Assembly: GCA_903876795.1 (NCBI GenBank)
Contig: CAIRBK010000097.1
Coordinates: 17,012 to 81,011, forward strand
Direction of reading: 5' to 3'
Length of the DNA: 64,000 nt
Origin: an uncultured Verrucomicrobiota bacterium
GTDB taxonomy: Bacteria > Verrucomicrobiota > Verrucomicrobiia > Opitutales > Opitutaceae
In this document: positions 37,382 to 46,100 of the stretch, in pieces
How positions within the stretch are numbered: the first letter of the stretch is position 1
Layout of the letters: the number at the start of each line of letters is the position of its first letter
The notes under the pieces: model-generated
Databases searched by the model: none
Told to the model about the DNA's origin: nothing
Seen by the model: the letters and a program-made list of their open reading frames with translations, nothing else
Position numbers and translations under genes: made by a program

Positions 37382-37855
37382 TCACTCGTCCTCCTCGACC
37401 GCCATTGGATCGAGATACTTGAGGATGATCTTCTGAAGCTCGTCCAAAAACATGTAGCACGCAAAGGCCTTCTGGGTGTCCTCGTCGAGATCGCTCACGG
37501 TGTTACTGGCCTCGAGCGCCTCCAACGTGTCATCGGGAACCCTGGCGAGGCGGGTTGCACGCAGACGCAGTCGCAACGCCGCGCAGGCACGCAGGACCGG
37601 CTCGGCGTTCTCCCGGTCGAAGGCCACCACGCCTTCACTGAAAAACTCCTGGTTGAACAACGAGAACAACCGGTCGCAGTCGTCGCGTTGCGAGACCAGC
37701 AGGTCATCGCTCCAAACTGCGGCCAGTTCCGCGTCGGCGTCGCTGAGCGCTAGCGGCACGGCCAGTTGCGTGCGCAACTCGTCGGCCGCCGCCTTGATCA
37801 AATCGAGGAGGGGAGCCACCGCCGGGATGCTCAGTCGCACTTCAACTCTCTTCAT
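37382..37855 (-). CDS. Hypothetical protein (DUF2017-like) downstream of clpS
   Basis: 157 aa acidic helical protein overlapping the clpS 3-prime end; family suggested by clpS linkage and LRACAALRL.L motif. Confidence 0.6.
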   Translation of the reverse strand: MKRVEVRLSIPAVAPLLDLIKAAADELRTQLAVPLALSDADAELAAVWSDDLLVSQRDDCDRLFSLFNQEFFSEGVVAFDRENAEPVLRACAALRLRLRATRLARVPDDTLEALEASNTVSDLDEDTQKAFACYMFLDELQKIILKYLDPMAVEEDE

Positions 37856-38147
37856 CGGGTTCGATTGTCGCGGACAGATGCCATTGTTGCAGCGAAAACG
37901 CGTAGGCCTCGGCGCTTTCACGCACCCCCGCCCAGACGACCGAACGGCCCGATTCGTGGGCCTCCAGCATGTGCCGGGTCGCGGTCGGCTCGTCGAAGCC
38001 GAAGAGCTTGCGCAGCACCATCACCGCGTAGGACATGCGGGTAACCGCGTCGTTGAGAAACACAACGCGCCAACGCTGCGGGGAAGCCGTCGCAGTCTTG
38101 CCACTCTCCCCCGGCGTCTCACGGATTTTTTCGGCGACGACGCTCAT
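37842..38147 (-). CDS. clpS: ATP-dependent Clp protease adaptor ClpS
   Basis: WRVVFLNDAVTRMSY.V..L..LF, A...MLEAHESG..VV, E.AE; C-terminal part of ORF 37842..38471. Confidence 0.85.
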   Translation of the reverse strand: MSVVAEKIRETPGESGKTATASPQRWRVVFLNDAVTRMSYAVMVLRKLFGFDEPTATRHMLEAHESGRSVVWAGVRESAEAYAFSLQQWHLSATIEPDEES

Positions 38148-39910
38148 GCCTGGGCAAACGCGTCGCGGACGACCGTCTCGATGTGGCCGGCGGCCTCGGC
38201 CACCGGAACCTTGATGACGTCTTTCTTCGCTCGCCACTTGAGTTCGATCACGCCGGCTGCGAGGCCCTTGCCTCCGATGGTGATGCGCAGCGGTATGCCG
38301 ATCAGGTCGGCGTCCTTGAACTTCACGCCGGGGCGCTCCTCGCGGTCGTCGATGATCACGTCGGCACCGGCCTTTTCGGCCACTTCCGCGAGTTGTTTCG
38401 CCAGCGCGGCCGGCTCGGCGACCGCCGGGTCGAGCAACGTGATGATGATCTGGAAGGGAGCGACCGCCCACGGCCAGATGATGCCGTCGTTGTCGTGGCT
38501 CTGCTCGATCACGGCCTGGAGCGTGCGGCTGATGCCGATGCCGTAGCAGCCCATCACCATCGGGTGCGTCTGCTTCTGGTCGTCGGTGTAAACGGCGCCG
38601 AACTTGTCCGAGTATTTGGTGCCGAGCTTGAAGATGTGACCGACCTCGATGCCGCGCTTCACGGAAAGAGGCTGACCGTTTTTGGGGTCGGGCTCGCCCG
38701 GACGCACGCGGCGGAAGTCGCCGAACTTCGTGATCGCGAGGTCGCGGGTCACGTTGACGTTGCGCAGGTGGAAGCCGTCTTTGTTGGCCCCGGTCACGCC
38801 GTTGCCGATGAGGCGTATGGCGTGGTCGGCAAACACGCCGGCCAAGGCCGAAGGCTCTTTGATCGAACCCTTGACCGCACCGAGGCTGCCGGGTTTGGCC
38901 CCGAGAACCGGCTCGATCTCTTCGGCGGTGGCCGGACGGGTAAGCGTGAAACCGAGGGCGCCGAGCTTGGCCTCTTCGAGCTCGTCGTTGCCGCGCAGGA
39001 TAACGAGGAAGGGCTTGCCGTCGCCGATATAGACGAGGGTCTTGAACTGCTGCCCGGCCTTCACGCCATAGGGTGCGGCTTCGAGCCCGGCGATGGTCAC
39101 GACGCCGGGCGTGGCAAACTCCTCGACTTGGCCTGCGGGCGCGGCGTCGGCCAAGTCGGCGGGCACGAGCGCGCTGGTGGCTTTTTCGCGGTTGGCCGCG
39201 TAGCCGCTGGCCTCGTTGTAGATCACGTCGTCGTCGCCGATTTCGGCGGGCACCATGAACTCATGGGAGAAGCTGCCGCCCATCACGCCGGTGTCAGCCT
39301 CGACCGCGATGGCGGTGACGCCGATGCGCTTAAAGAAGCGGGCGTAGGCGTCCTTCATGGCGAAGTAGCTCTTCACCGAGCCCTCGTCGTCGGCGTCAAA
39401 GGAATAAGCGTCCATCATCACGAACTCACGGGCACGCATCAGGCCGAAGCGCGGACGGATCTCGTTACGGAACTTGGTGGCGATCTGATAAAAATTTTTC
39501 GGGAGATCGCGGTAGCTGGTGATCTCGTTTTTCACGAGGGGAGTGATGATTTCCTCGTGGGTAGGACCGAGCACGAACTCGGGTTCGCGGGAGCGGCCTT
39601 TGTTGGCGCCGGCGCTGTCCACGCGGAACATGATCTCCCGGGCGGCGGCCCAACGGGGACCCTGCTCCCAGTTTTCCACGGGATGGACCTGGGGCATCCA
39701 CAGCTCGATGGCGTCGGATGCGTCGAGCTCCTCGCGGCAAATCTGCGAGATCTTCTGCATGACGCGCAGGCCGAGCGGCATGTAAGTGTAGAGGCCGCCG
39801 CCGAGCTTGCGCACGATGCCGGCGCGCATGAGCAGCTTGTGGGATGCGATCTCCGCGTCGGCGGGACTGTCGCGCAGGGTGGAAATGTGGAACTTGGTCC
39901 AGGTCTTCAT
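38144..39910 (-). CDS. proS: Proline--tRNA ligase (with editing domain)
   Basis: SHKLL.RAG, GPTHEE, FRNEIRPRFGLMRAREF.M.DAYSF, IEVGHIFKLG, MGCYGIG. Confidence 0.96.
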   Translation of the reverse strand: MKTWTKFHISTLRDSPADAEIASHKLLMRAGIVRKLGGGLYTYMPLGLRVMQKISQICREELDASDAIELWMPQVHPVENWEQGPRWAAAREIMFRVDSAGANKGRSREPEFVLGPTHEEIITPLVKNEITSYRDLPKNFYQIATKFRNEIRPRFGLMRAREFVMMDAYSFDADDEGSVKSYFAMKDAYARFFKRIGVTAIAVEADTGVMGGSFSHEFMVPAEIGDDDVIYNEASGYAANREKATSALVPADLADAAPAGQVEEFATPGVVTIAGLEAAPYGVKAGQQFKTLVYIGDGKPFLVILRGNDELEEAKLGALGFTLTRPATAEEIEPVLGAKPGSLGAVKGSIKEPSALAGVFADHAIRLIGNGVTGANKDGFHLRNVNVTRDLAITKFGDFRRVRPGEPDPKNGQPLSVKRGIEVGHIFKLGTKYSDKFGAVYTDDQKQTHPMVMGCYGIGISRTLQAVIEQSHDNDGIIWPWAVAPFQIIITLLDPAVAEPAALAKQLAEVAEKAGADVIIDDREERPGVKFKDADLIGIPLRITIGGKGLAAGVIELKWRAKKDVIKVPVAEAAGHIETVVRDAFAQA

Positions 39911-40010
39911 GAAGCCCGCCAACGAAGCACCCGGCCTCGTGTTGCGCAAATGTTATTCCGCATTGCCATTGACCGACTGCCGGCAACCCCTTCGCGCTCC
40001 ACTCGCAAGA

Positions 40011-40185
40011 GCACCTGCCGATGGCCTGCTAGGTTAGAAAAAACCGCCGAAACTTGAACCGAATCACGTTCGTAAGGTCCTCGATCTCTTACCCTGCGAA
40101 CGTGTGAGGGAAGCACGGACATGTCCTAAGTCCAGTCGCACGACCACAGGGCCATCCACCGCAGATGGCCGACTGCGGCAGGTGC
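40011..40185. other. Unassigned multi-hairpin structured element between lpdA and proS
   Basis: 10-bp closing stem GCACCTGCCG/CGGCAGGTGC enclosing several hairpins (GGCCATC/GATGGCC, CAGTC/GACTG, GAAC/GTTC, GTAAG/CTTAC). Confidence 0.5.
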
Positions 40186-40285
40186 CGAGGAACAAGGGTG
40201 AAGTGCTATTGGCAGGTAGCCACCAGCTTCAGCGGCACGAACCCTATTGGGCAAAGGTTTCTGGTCTCAGACTGGACGCCCCAAC

Positions 40286-41683
40286 TCAGATGTGAATGGC
40301 TTCGCCGAGCGACGCGGCGGCGGCTTCCATGACCGCTTCGCTGAGCGTCGGATGGGCATGGATCGTCTGGTGAATCTCATCGACCGTCGCTTCAAGCTCG
40401 ATCGCCAGGCCATACTCGGCGATCAACTCGGTGGCCTCGCTGCCGATGATGTGCGCACCGTAGATTTCGCCTGTCTTCGCGTCCGTGATGACCTTCACAA
40501 AACCCTCGCTGTCGGCCGAAGCCACGGCCTTGCCCGAGGCGGTGAAGGGAAATTTGCCCACCTTGTAGTCGAGTTTCTTTTCTTTGGCGGCCTTTTCGGT
40601 GAGGCCCGTGCTCGAAACCTGCGGCTGGCAGTAGGTGCAGCCCGGGAACTTGGTCACGCGCTGCGGCTTGCCGTGTCCGAACATGCCGTTGACCGCGCTG
40701 ACGGCCTCGAAGGTGGCCACGTGCGCGAGCCAGGGCGGCCCGATGATGTCGCCCGCCGCGTAGATCCCCTTGATATTGGTCTGATAATCGTCGCCTACCT
40801 TCACGTAGTTACGGTCGAGCTCGATTTTCACCGAATCGGCGATGACGCCCTCAATGTTGGCGACCACGCCGATGGCGGAAAGAACGACTTCGGCATCAAC
40901 CTCCTGCTTCTTTTCGCCGGTGACGAGGTCCACCTTGACCGAGTCCTTGCCGACGCGGAAATTCTCACACTTGGTGCCGGTGAGGATGGTGATGCCCTGT
41001 TTCTCAAGGGAGCGCTGGAGAACCTTGGCAACCTCCTCATCTTCGACGGGGAGGACTTGATTGAGCATCTCGACGAGAGTCACCTTGGTGCCGAACGCGT
41101 TGTAAAAATAAGCGAACTCCACACCGATGGCACCCGCGCCGACGATGACGATGGACTTGGGCAGCGTGGTGTTGGCGAGGGCCTCGCGTGAGGTCATCAC
41201 ACGCACGCCATCGACGGGGAGATCGGGGATGCGGCGCATCTTGCAGCCGGTGGCGATGAGAGTGTTCTTCGTCTTGAAGAATTTGCCCTTATGCTCGCCC
41301 TCGACGATCTCGATCATGCCGGCGGCGATGATGCGGGCCTTGCCGGTGAAGTAATCGACCTTGTTTTTCTTGAACAGGAACTCGATGCCCTTGGCCATCT
41401 GCCCGGCGACGCCGCGGGACCGCTCCATAACCTTGGCGAAATCGAACGTCACATCCTTCACGGAGATGCCGAACGATTCGGACTTCTTGATCTTCTGGTA
41501 GAGTTCGGCGCTCTTTAGCAGGGCCTTGGTCGGTATGCAGCCCCAGTTCAGGCAGGTGCCGCCGGCGCGTTCCAGCTCGATGCAGGCGACCTTTTTGCCA
41601 AGCTGACCGGCGCGAATGGCACCCGCATAACCCGCCGGGCCGCCGCCGATGACGATCAAATCGTATTCAAGTGTGTCTGCCAT
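40286..41683 (-). CDS. lpdA: Dihydrolipoamide dehydrogenase
   Basis: GGGPAGY, GGTCLNWGCIP disulfide motif, GAGAIG, HPTLSE. Confidence 0.96.
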   Translation of the reverse strand: MADTLEYDLIVIGGGPAGYAGAIRAGQLGKKVACIELERAGGTCLNWGCIPTKALLKSAELYQKIKKSESFGISVKDVTFDFAKVMERSRGVAGQMAKGIEFLFKKNKVDYFTGKARIIAAGMIEIVEGEHKGKFFKTKNTLIATGCKMRRIPDLPVDGVRVMTSREALANTTLPKSIVIVGAGAIGVEFAYFYNAFGTKVTLVEMLNQVLPVEDEEVAKVLQRSLEKQGITILTGTKCENFRVGKDSVKVDLVTGEKKQEVDAEVVLSAIGVVANIEGVIADSVKIELDRNYVKVGDDYQTNIKGIYAAGDIIGPPWLAHVATFEAVSAVNGMFGHGKPQRVTKFPGCTYCQPQVSSTGLTEKAAKEKKLDYKVGKFPFTASGKAVASADSEGFVKVITDAKTGEIYGAHIIGSEATELIAEYGLAIELEATVDEIHQTIHAHPTLSEAVMEAAAASLGEAIHI

Positions 41684-41782
41684 ATGAAAAAGGGAACGAG
41701 GTTGGTTGAGAATTAAAGGCCAAGTTCGCGCCGCAGGGTTCGCCGGTCAAATTGAAACTCAACTCCCGCAAGATGAACCGCC

Positions 41783-42211
41783 TCAGATGTCGATGACATC
41801 GTCCGGTTTGCTTTTGGGATTGGGAGCCGTGCGCCCACCGGCCCGGGGACGTACCGGCTGGCGGCCTATCAGCAGGCTCACAAAGAGATTGGTCAGGCTC
41901 ACGATGACCGCGCCACCCACCGCATGCCAGAAGCCGTCCACCCGAAACCCGGTGACCAACTGGCCGACCAGCAGGAAAAGCAGAGCGTTGATCAACACCA
42001 CGCCGAAGCCGAGCGTCAGCACGATGAAGGGCAGGCTGAAAAGGAGCAGCAGCGGCTTGAGCACCGCGTTGAACAGGCTCAGCAGCGCCACCACCGCGAC
42101 CAGCGTGCCGAGCGAGTCATAATGAATGCCGGGCACGACCTTCGTGGCGATGGTCACTCCCAACGCCAGCACCGACCAGCGCACCAACAACGCGATTAAC
42201 GGATGATTCAT
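41783..42211 (-). CDS. YvlD-like 4-TM membrane protein (phage holin superfamily IV family)
   Basis: N...KP.L....LP...LTLG.....IN.....L pattern; start moved to MNHPLI. Confidence 0.75.
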   Translation of the reverse strand: MNHPLIALLVRWSVLALGVTIATKVVPGIHYDSLGTLVAVVALLSLFNAVLKPLLLLFSLPFIVLTLGFGVVLINALLFLLVGQLVTGFRVDGFWHAVGGAVIVSLTNLFVSLLIGRQPVRPRAGGRTAPNPKSKPDDVIDI

Positions 42212-42296
42212 CGCGCCACTTTCTGTCCGCTGTCCGTCCCCGCAACGAAAATTCCTCGCCTCGACCTTCGTCCTCGATCGCCTAGAAACTTCACCC

Positions 42297-43073
42297 ATGA
42301 CCAACAAGCAGCGGCTCGACCTCATTGAAAAACACATCCGCGAACACAAATACGCCGACCTGCACACGCTCTCCACGCTCTTCGGCAGCTCCCTGTCCAC
42401 CGTCCGCCGCGCCCTCGACGAACTGGAATCGCGCGGTGTCCTGCGCCGGCACCACGGCGGCGCCTCTCTCATCGAGACCGACGAGCTCGCCAAGGAATAC
42501 GATTTCATTTCCCGCGACCAGCGCCAGGCCGAGGAAAAGTTCTCCATCGCCCGTCTCGTCGCCGACCAGGTCCAGCCCGGCATGACCGTCATCCTCGACG
42601 GCGGCACCTCCATCTACGCCGTCGCCCGCCTGCTCACGGCCAAACGCCTTCAGGTCATCACCAACTCCCTGCCCATCGCCGGCCTCTTCAGCGAGATCGG
42701 CTCCCTCGAAACCATCGTCACCGGTGGCAGCATCCAAAACCGTCTCGGCGTGCTCGTCGGCCCGCTCTGTGAGCAATCCTTAGAACAAATCCACGCCGAC
42801 ATCGCCATACTCGGCGGCGCCGGCATCACCGAGGCCGGTGTCTGGAACCACAACGCCCTCATCGTGGCCACCCAGCGCAAGATGATCGCCGCCTCCGAAC
42901 GCACCCTCTTCGCACTCGATAGCTCCAAGTTCGGCCGCAAGGCCATGAGCCTCACCGCCCCGTTCTGCGAAAAATTCACGATCGTCACGGACCAGAAGCC
43001 CTCTCCCGCCGTCGCCACCGCCATCAAAAACGCCGGCGCCTCCCTCACCGTCGCCCCCACATCCCGGGACTGA
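42297..43073 (+). CDS. DeoR/GlpR family transcriptional regulator
   Basis: N-terminal HTH STVRRALDELE..G.L.RHHGGA; EK..IA, LDGGTS, ITNSLP, DSSKFG. Confidence 0.92.
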   Translation: MTNKQRLDLIEKHIREHKYADLHTLSTLFGSSLSTVRRALDELESRGVLRRHHGGASLIETDELAKEYDFISRDQRQAEEKFSIARLVADQVQPGMTVILDGGTSIYAVARLLTAKRLQVITNSLPIAGLFSEIGSLETIVTGGSIQNRLGVLVGPLCEQSLEQIHADIAILGGAGITEAGVWNHNALIVATQRKMIAASERTLFALDSSKFGRKAMSLTAPFCEKFTIVTDQKPSPAVATAIKNAGASLTVAPTSRD

Positions 43074-43128
43074 CCGGCACCGCGTTTCCCGATTTGCCTT
43101 CCCCGCGCCCCCGCGCATCCGTAACCGC

Positions 43129-46100
43129 GTGGTCTCCTCCTTCTCTGCTCCCGCGCACCTCCGTCCCGCCAGGCCCGACTGCATCCGCCTGCGCGGTGTC
43201 CGCCAAAACAACCTCAAGGGCTTTGATCTCGACCTGCCCCTCGGGCGCTATGTGGTCGTCACCGGCCTCTCCGGCGCGGGCAAGAGTTCCCTTGTTTTCG
43301 ACACCCTCCACGCCGAGGGCCAGCGCCGCTACGTCGAGACGTTCTCCGCCTACACCCGGCAATTCCTCGACCTCCTCGACAAGCCGGCGGTCGACTCCAT
43401 CGAAAACATCCGTCCGTCCATCGCCATCGAGCAGACGAACACCGTCAAAACTTCGCGCTCCACCGTCGGGACGATGACCGAATTGACCGACTTTTTTAAA
43501 GTCTGGTTCAGCCACGTCGCCACGTGCTTCGACCCTGCCACCGGCAAACCCGTCGAGGATGACACTCCGTCGTCCATCTGGGAAAAAACCCACACCTCCA
43601 CGCCCGGCGCCCAGGTGATCGTCGCCTTCAACGTCGCCAAACCCGAAAAACTCACCTGGCCCGAAATCCTCACCAACCTCAAGGCCCAGTCCTACGTCCG
43701 TGTCCTCCTTTCGAGCAGCCGCATGCGTGAGCGAGCGGTCTCCGTCGCCCGCATCGACGACCTTCTATCCTCCGAATGTAGGAGCCTGCTTGCAGGCGAT
43801 TCCGACCACCTCTTCGTCGCCCAGGACCGACTCACGATCACACCCGACGCGCGCCCTCGCTTCCTCGAAGCCGTCGAAACCGCGCTACACTTCGGCCAGG
43901 GCCAGGTTCACCTCTTCGCCGCCGACACCCTTGCTCCGCTCGGCCACTACTCGCGGGGACTGCACTCGCCGGAAACCGGCCGCACGTTCCGCCCCGCCTC
44001 CCCCGCCCTCTTCTCGTTCAACTCCCCGCTCGGCGCCTGTCCACAATGCCGCGGCTTCGGACGCATCATCGAGATCGACTACCGTCTCGCCATCCCCGAC
44101 CAGACGCTCTCCATCGCCGACGGCGCCATCAAATGCTGGGAAGGCGAGGTCTACAGCGCGTCCAAAGACGACCTGATCTCCGTCGCCAAACGCAAAAAAA
44201 TCCCCGTCAACGTCCCCTTCGCGTCCCTGACGCCGGAACAACGCGATTTCGTCATCAACGGCGAAAACGGCTACGGCGAAAACGGACTCGATTGGCCCCG
44301 TGCCTGGTATGGCGTGAAGGGTTTCTTCAGCTGGCTCGAAAAGAACACCTACAAGATGCATGTGCGCGTTTTTCTCTCGCGCTACCGTGCCTACAACGAG
44401 TGCCCGTCCTGCCGGGGCACCCGGCTCCAACCCGAGTCCCTTTGCTGGAAATGGCAGGGCCGCACCCTGCCCGAGCTCTACCAACTCCCTGTCAGCCAGC
44501 TTTGGGATTCCTTGTCTTCGCGTAGCAACGAGCTTGCTCGCGATTCCGAGTCCGCCCACAGCGCCACCATCGCCTTCGACGCCATCCTCACACGGCTCCG
44601 TTACCTCCAACAAGTTGGTCTAGGCTACCTCACGCTAGACCGCACTTCGAAAACCCTCTCGGGCGGCGAAGTCCAGCGCGTCAACCTCACCTCCTGTCTG
44701 GGCACATCGCTCGTGGACACGCTCTTTGTCCTCGACGAGCCCAGCGTCGGCCTGCACCCGCGCGACATCGACCGCCTCATCGCGATCATCCGCACGCTCA
44801 CCGACGCCGGCAATACCGTCGTTGTCGTCGAGCACGACGAGGCCATGATTCGTGCCGCCGACCACCTCATCGAGATCGGCCCCGAACCCGGCACCCGCGG
44901 CGGCCACATCGTTTTTCAAGGCGATCTGCCCGGCCTCCTCACCTCCGACGCCATCACCGGCCGCTACCTCTCCGGCCGCGACTCCATCGCGGTCCCGACC
45001 ACCCGCCGCCCGGTCGGCTCTCCTCGTGTCGGTGAGAGTGAGCGACCCGACTCCGGTTGGCTCACCTTCCACGACGCCTCCAAGCACAACCTCCGCAACG
45101 TCACCCTCTCGCTGCCGCTTCACCGCCTCGTCGCGCTTTCCGGTGTCTCCGGCTCCGGCAAATCCACGCTGCTCGACAACGTCATCCACCAGGGACTCCT
45201 TTCGAAACGCCTCCAACTCACCGAAGACCCCGCCACCATCGCCGTCATCACCGGCGACGACGCCTTCTCCGAGATCGTGCTCGTCGATCAATCGCCCCTC
45301 TCCCGCACGCCCCGCTCCAACCCCGCCCTCTACACCGAGGCCTGGGACTTCATCCGCGAACTCTACGCACGCGAACCCGCCGCCAAGGAGGCCGGCTTCA
45401 ACAGTTCCTCCTTTTCTTTTAACAGCGGCGACGGCCGTTGCGACCACTGCCAAGGCCTCGGCTACGAGCGTGTCGAGATGCAGTTCCTCTCCGATGTCTT
45501 TGTCCCCTGCCCTATCTGCGAGGGTCGCCGCTTTAAACCCGAAGTCCTGTCCATCCGTTGGCGCCAGCTCTCCGTTTCCGATCTCCTCGCCACCAGCATC
45601 AACGACGCGCTGCCGCTCTTCGACAGCCACCCCGCAATCCGCTCCCGCCTCGCCAGTCTCGAATCCGTCGGCCTCGGCTACCTCACCCTCGGCCAGCCGC
45701 TCAACACCCTCAGCGGCGGCGAATCCCAACGCCTCAAACTGGTCAAGTATCTCAGCAACTTCACCGGCGCGCCTTCGTCGCCACCTGATATTTCCAATCC
45801 CAAATCTGAGATTCCGACAGGAGCCCTGCTCCTCTTGGACGAGCCCACCACCGGCCTGCACCGCCACGACGTCAAACGCCTCATCGCCATTCTGCAGGCG
45901 CTCGTCGACCGTGGTCACAGCGTCGTGGTGATCGAGCACAACCTCGACGTCCTAAAATCCGCCGACTGGCTCATCGAGGTCGGCCCCGAAGCCGGCGCCG
46001 AAGGTGGCCAAATCATCGCCGAGGGCCCGCCCGAAGCGGTCGCCCGCGCCCGCACCGCCACCTCGCCCTTCCTCCGCCAGGCCCTGAGCTTGGCCGCGAG

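Noticed and set aside
40030-40140. Loose resemblance to the glmS ribozyme (GCGACTGGACT..ATCGAGG..TTCGGCGG on the minus strand)
   Set aside because: The AGCGCC cleavage-site motif is absent and the downstream gene is proS, not glmS
39911-40285. T-box riboswitch, tmRNA, RNase P RNA or SRP RNA upstream of proS
   Set aside because: No GGTGGNACCGCG T-box, no tRNA-like TCCACCA end, no GAGGAAAGTCC and no SRP helix-8 motif on either strand; kept only as an unassigned structure
41783-42211. Prophage suggested by the holin-family gene
   Set aside because: YvlD-like proteins are common chromosomal genes, and there are no lysin, structural or integrase genes nearby
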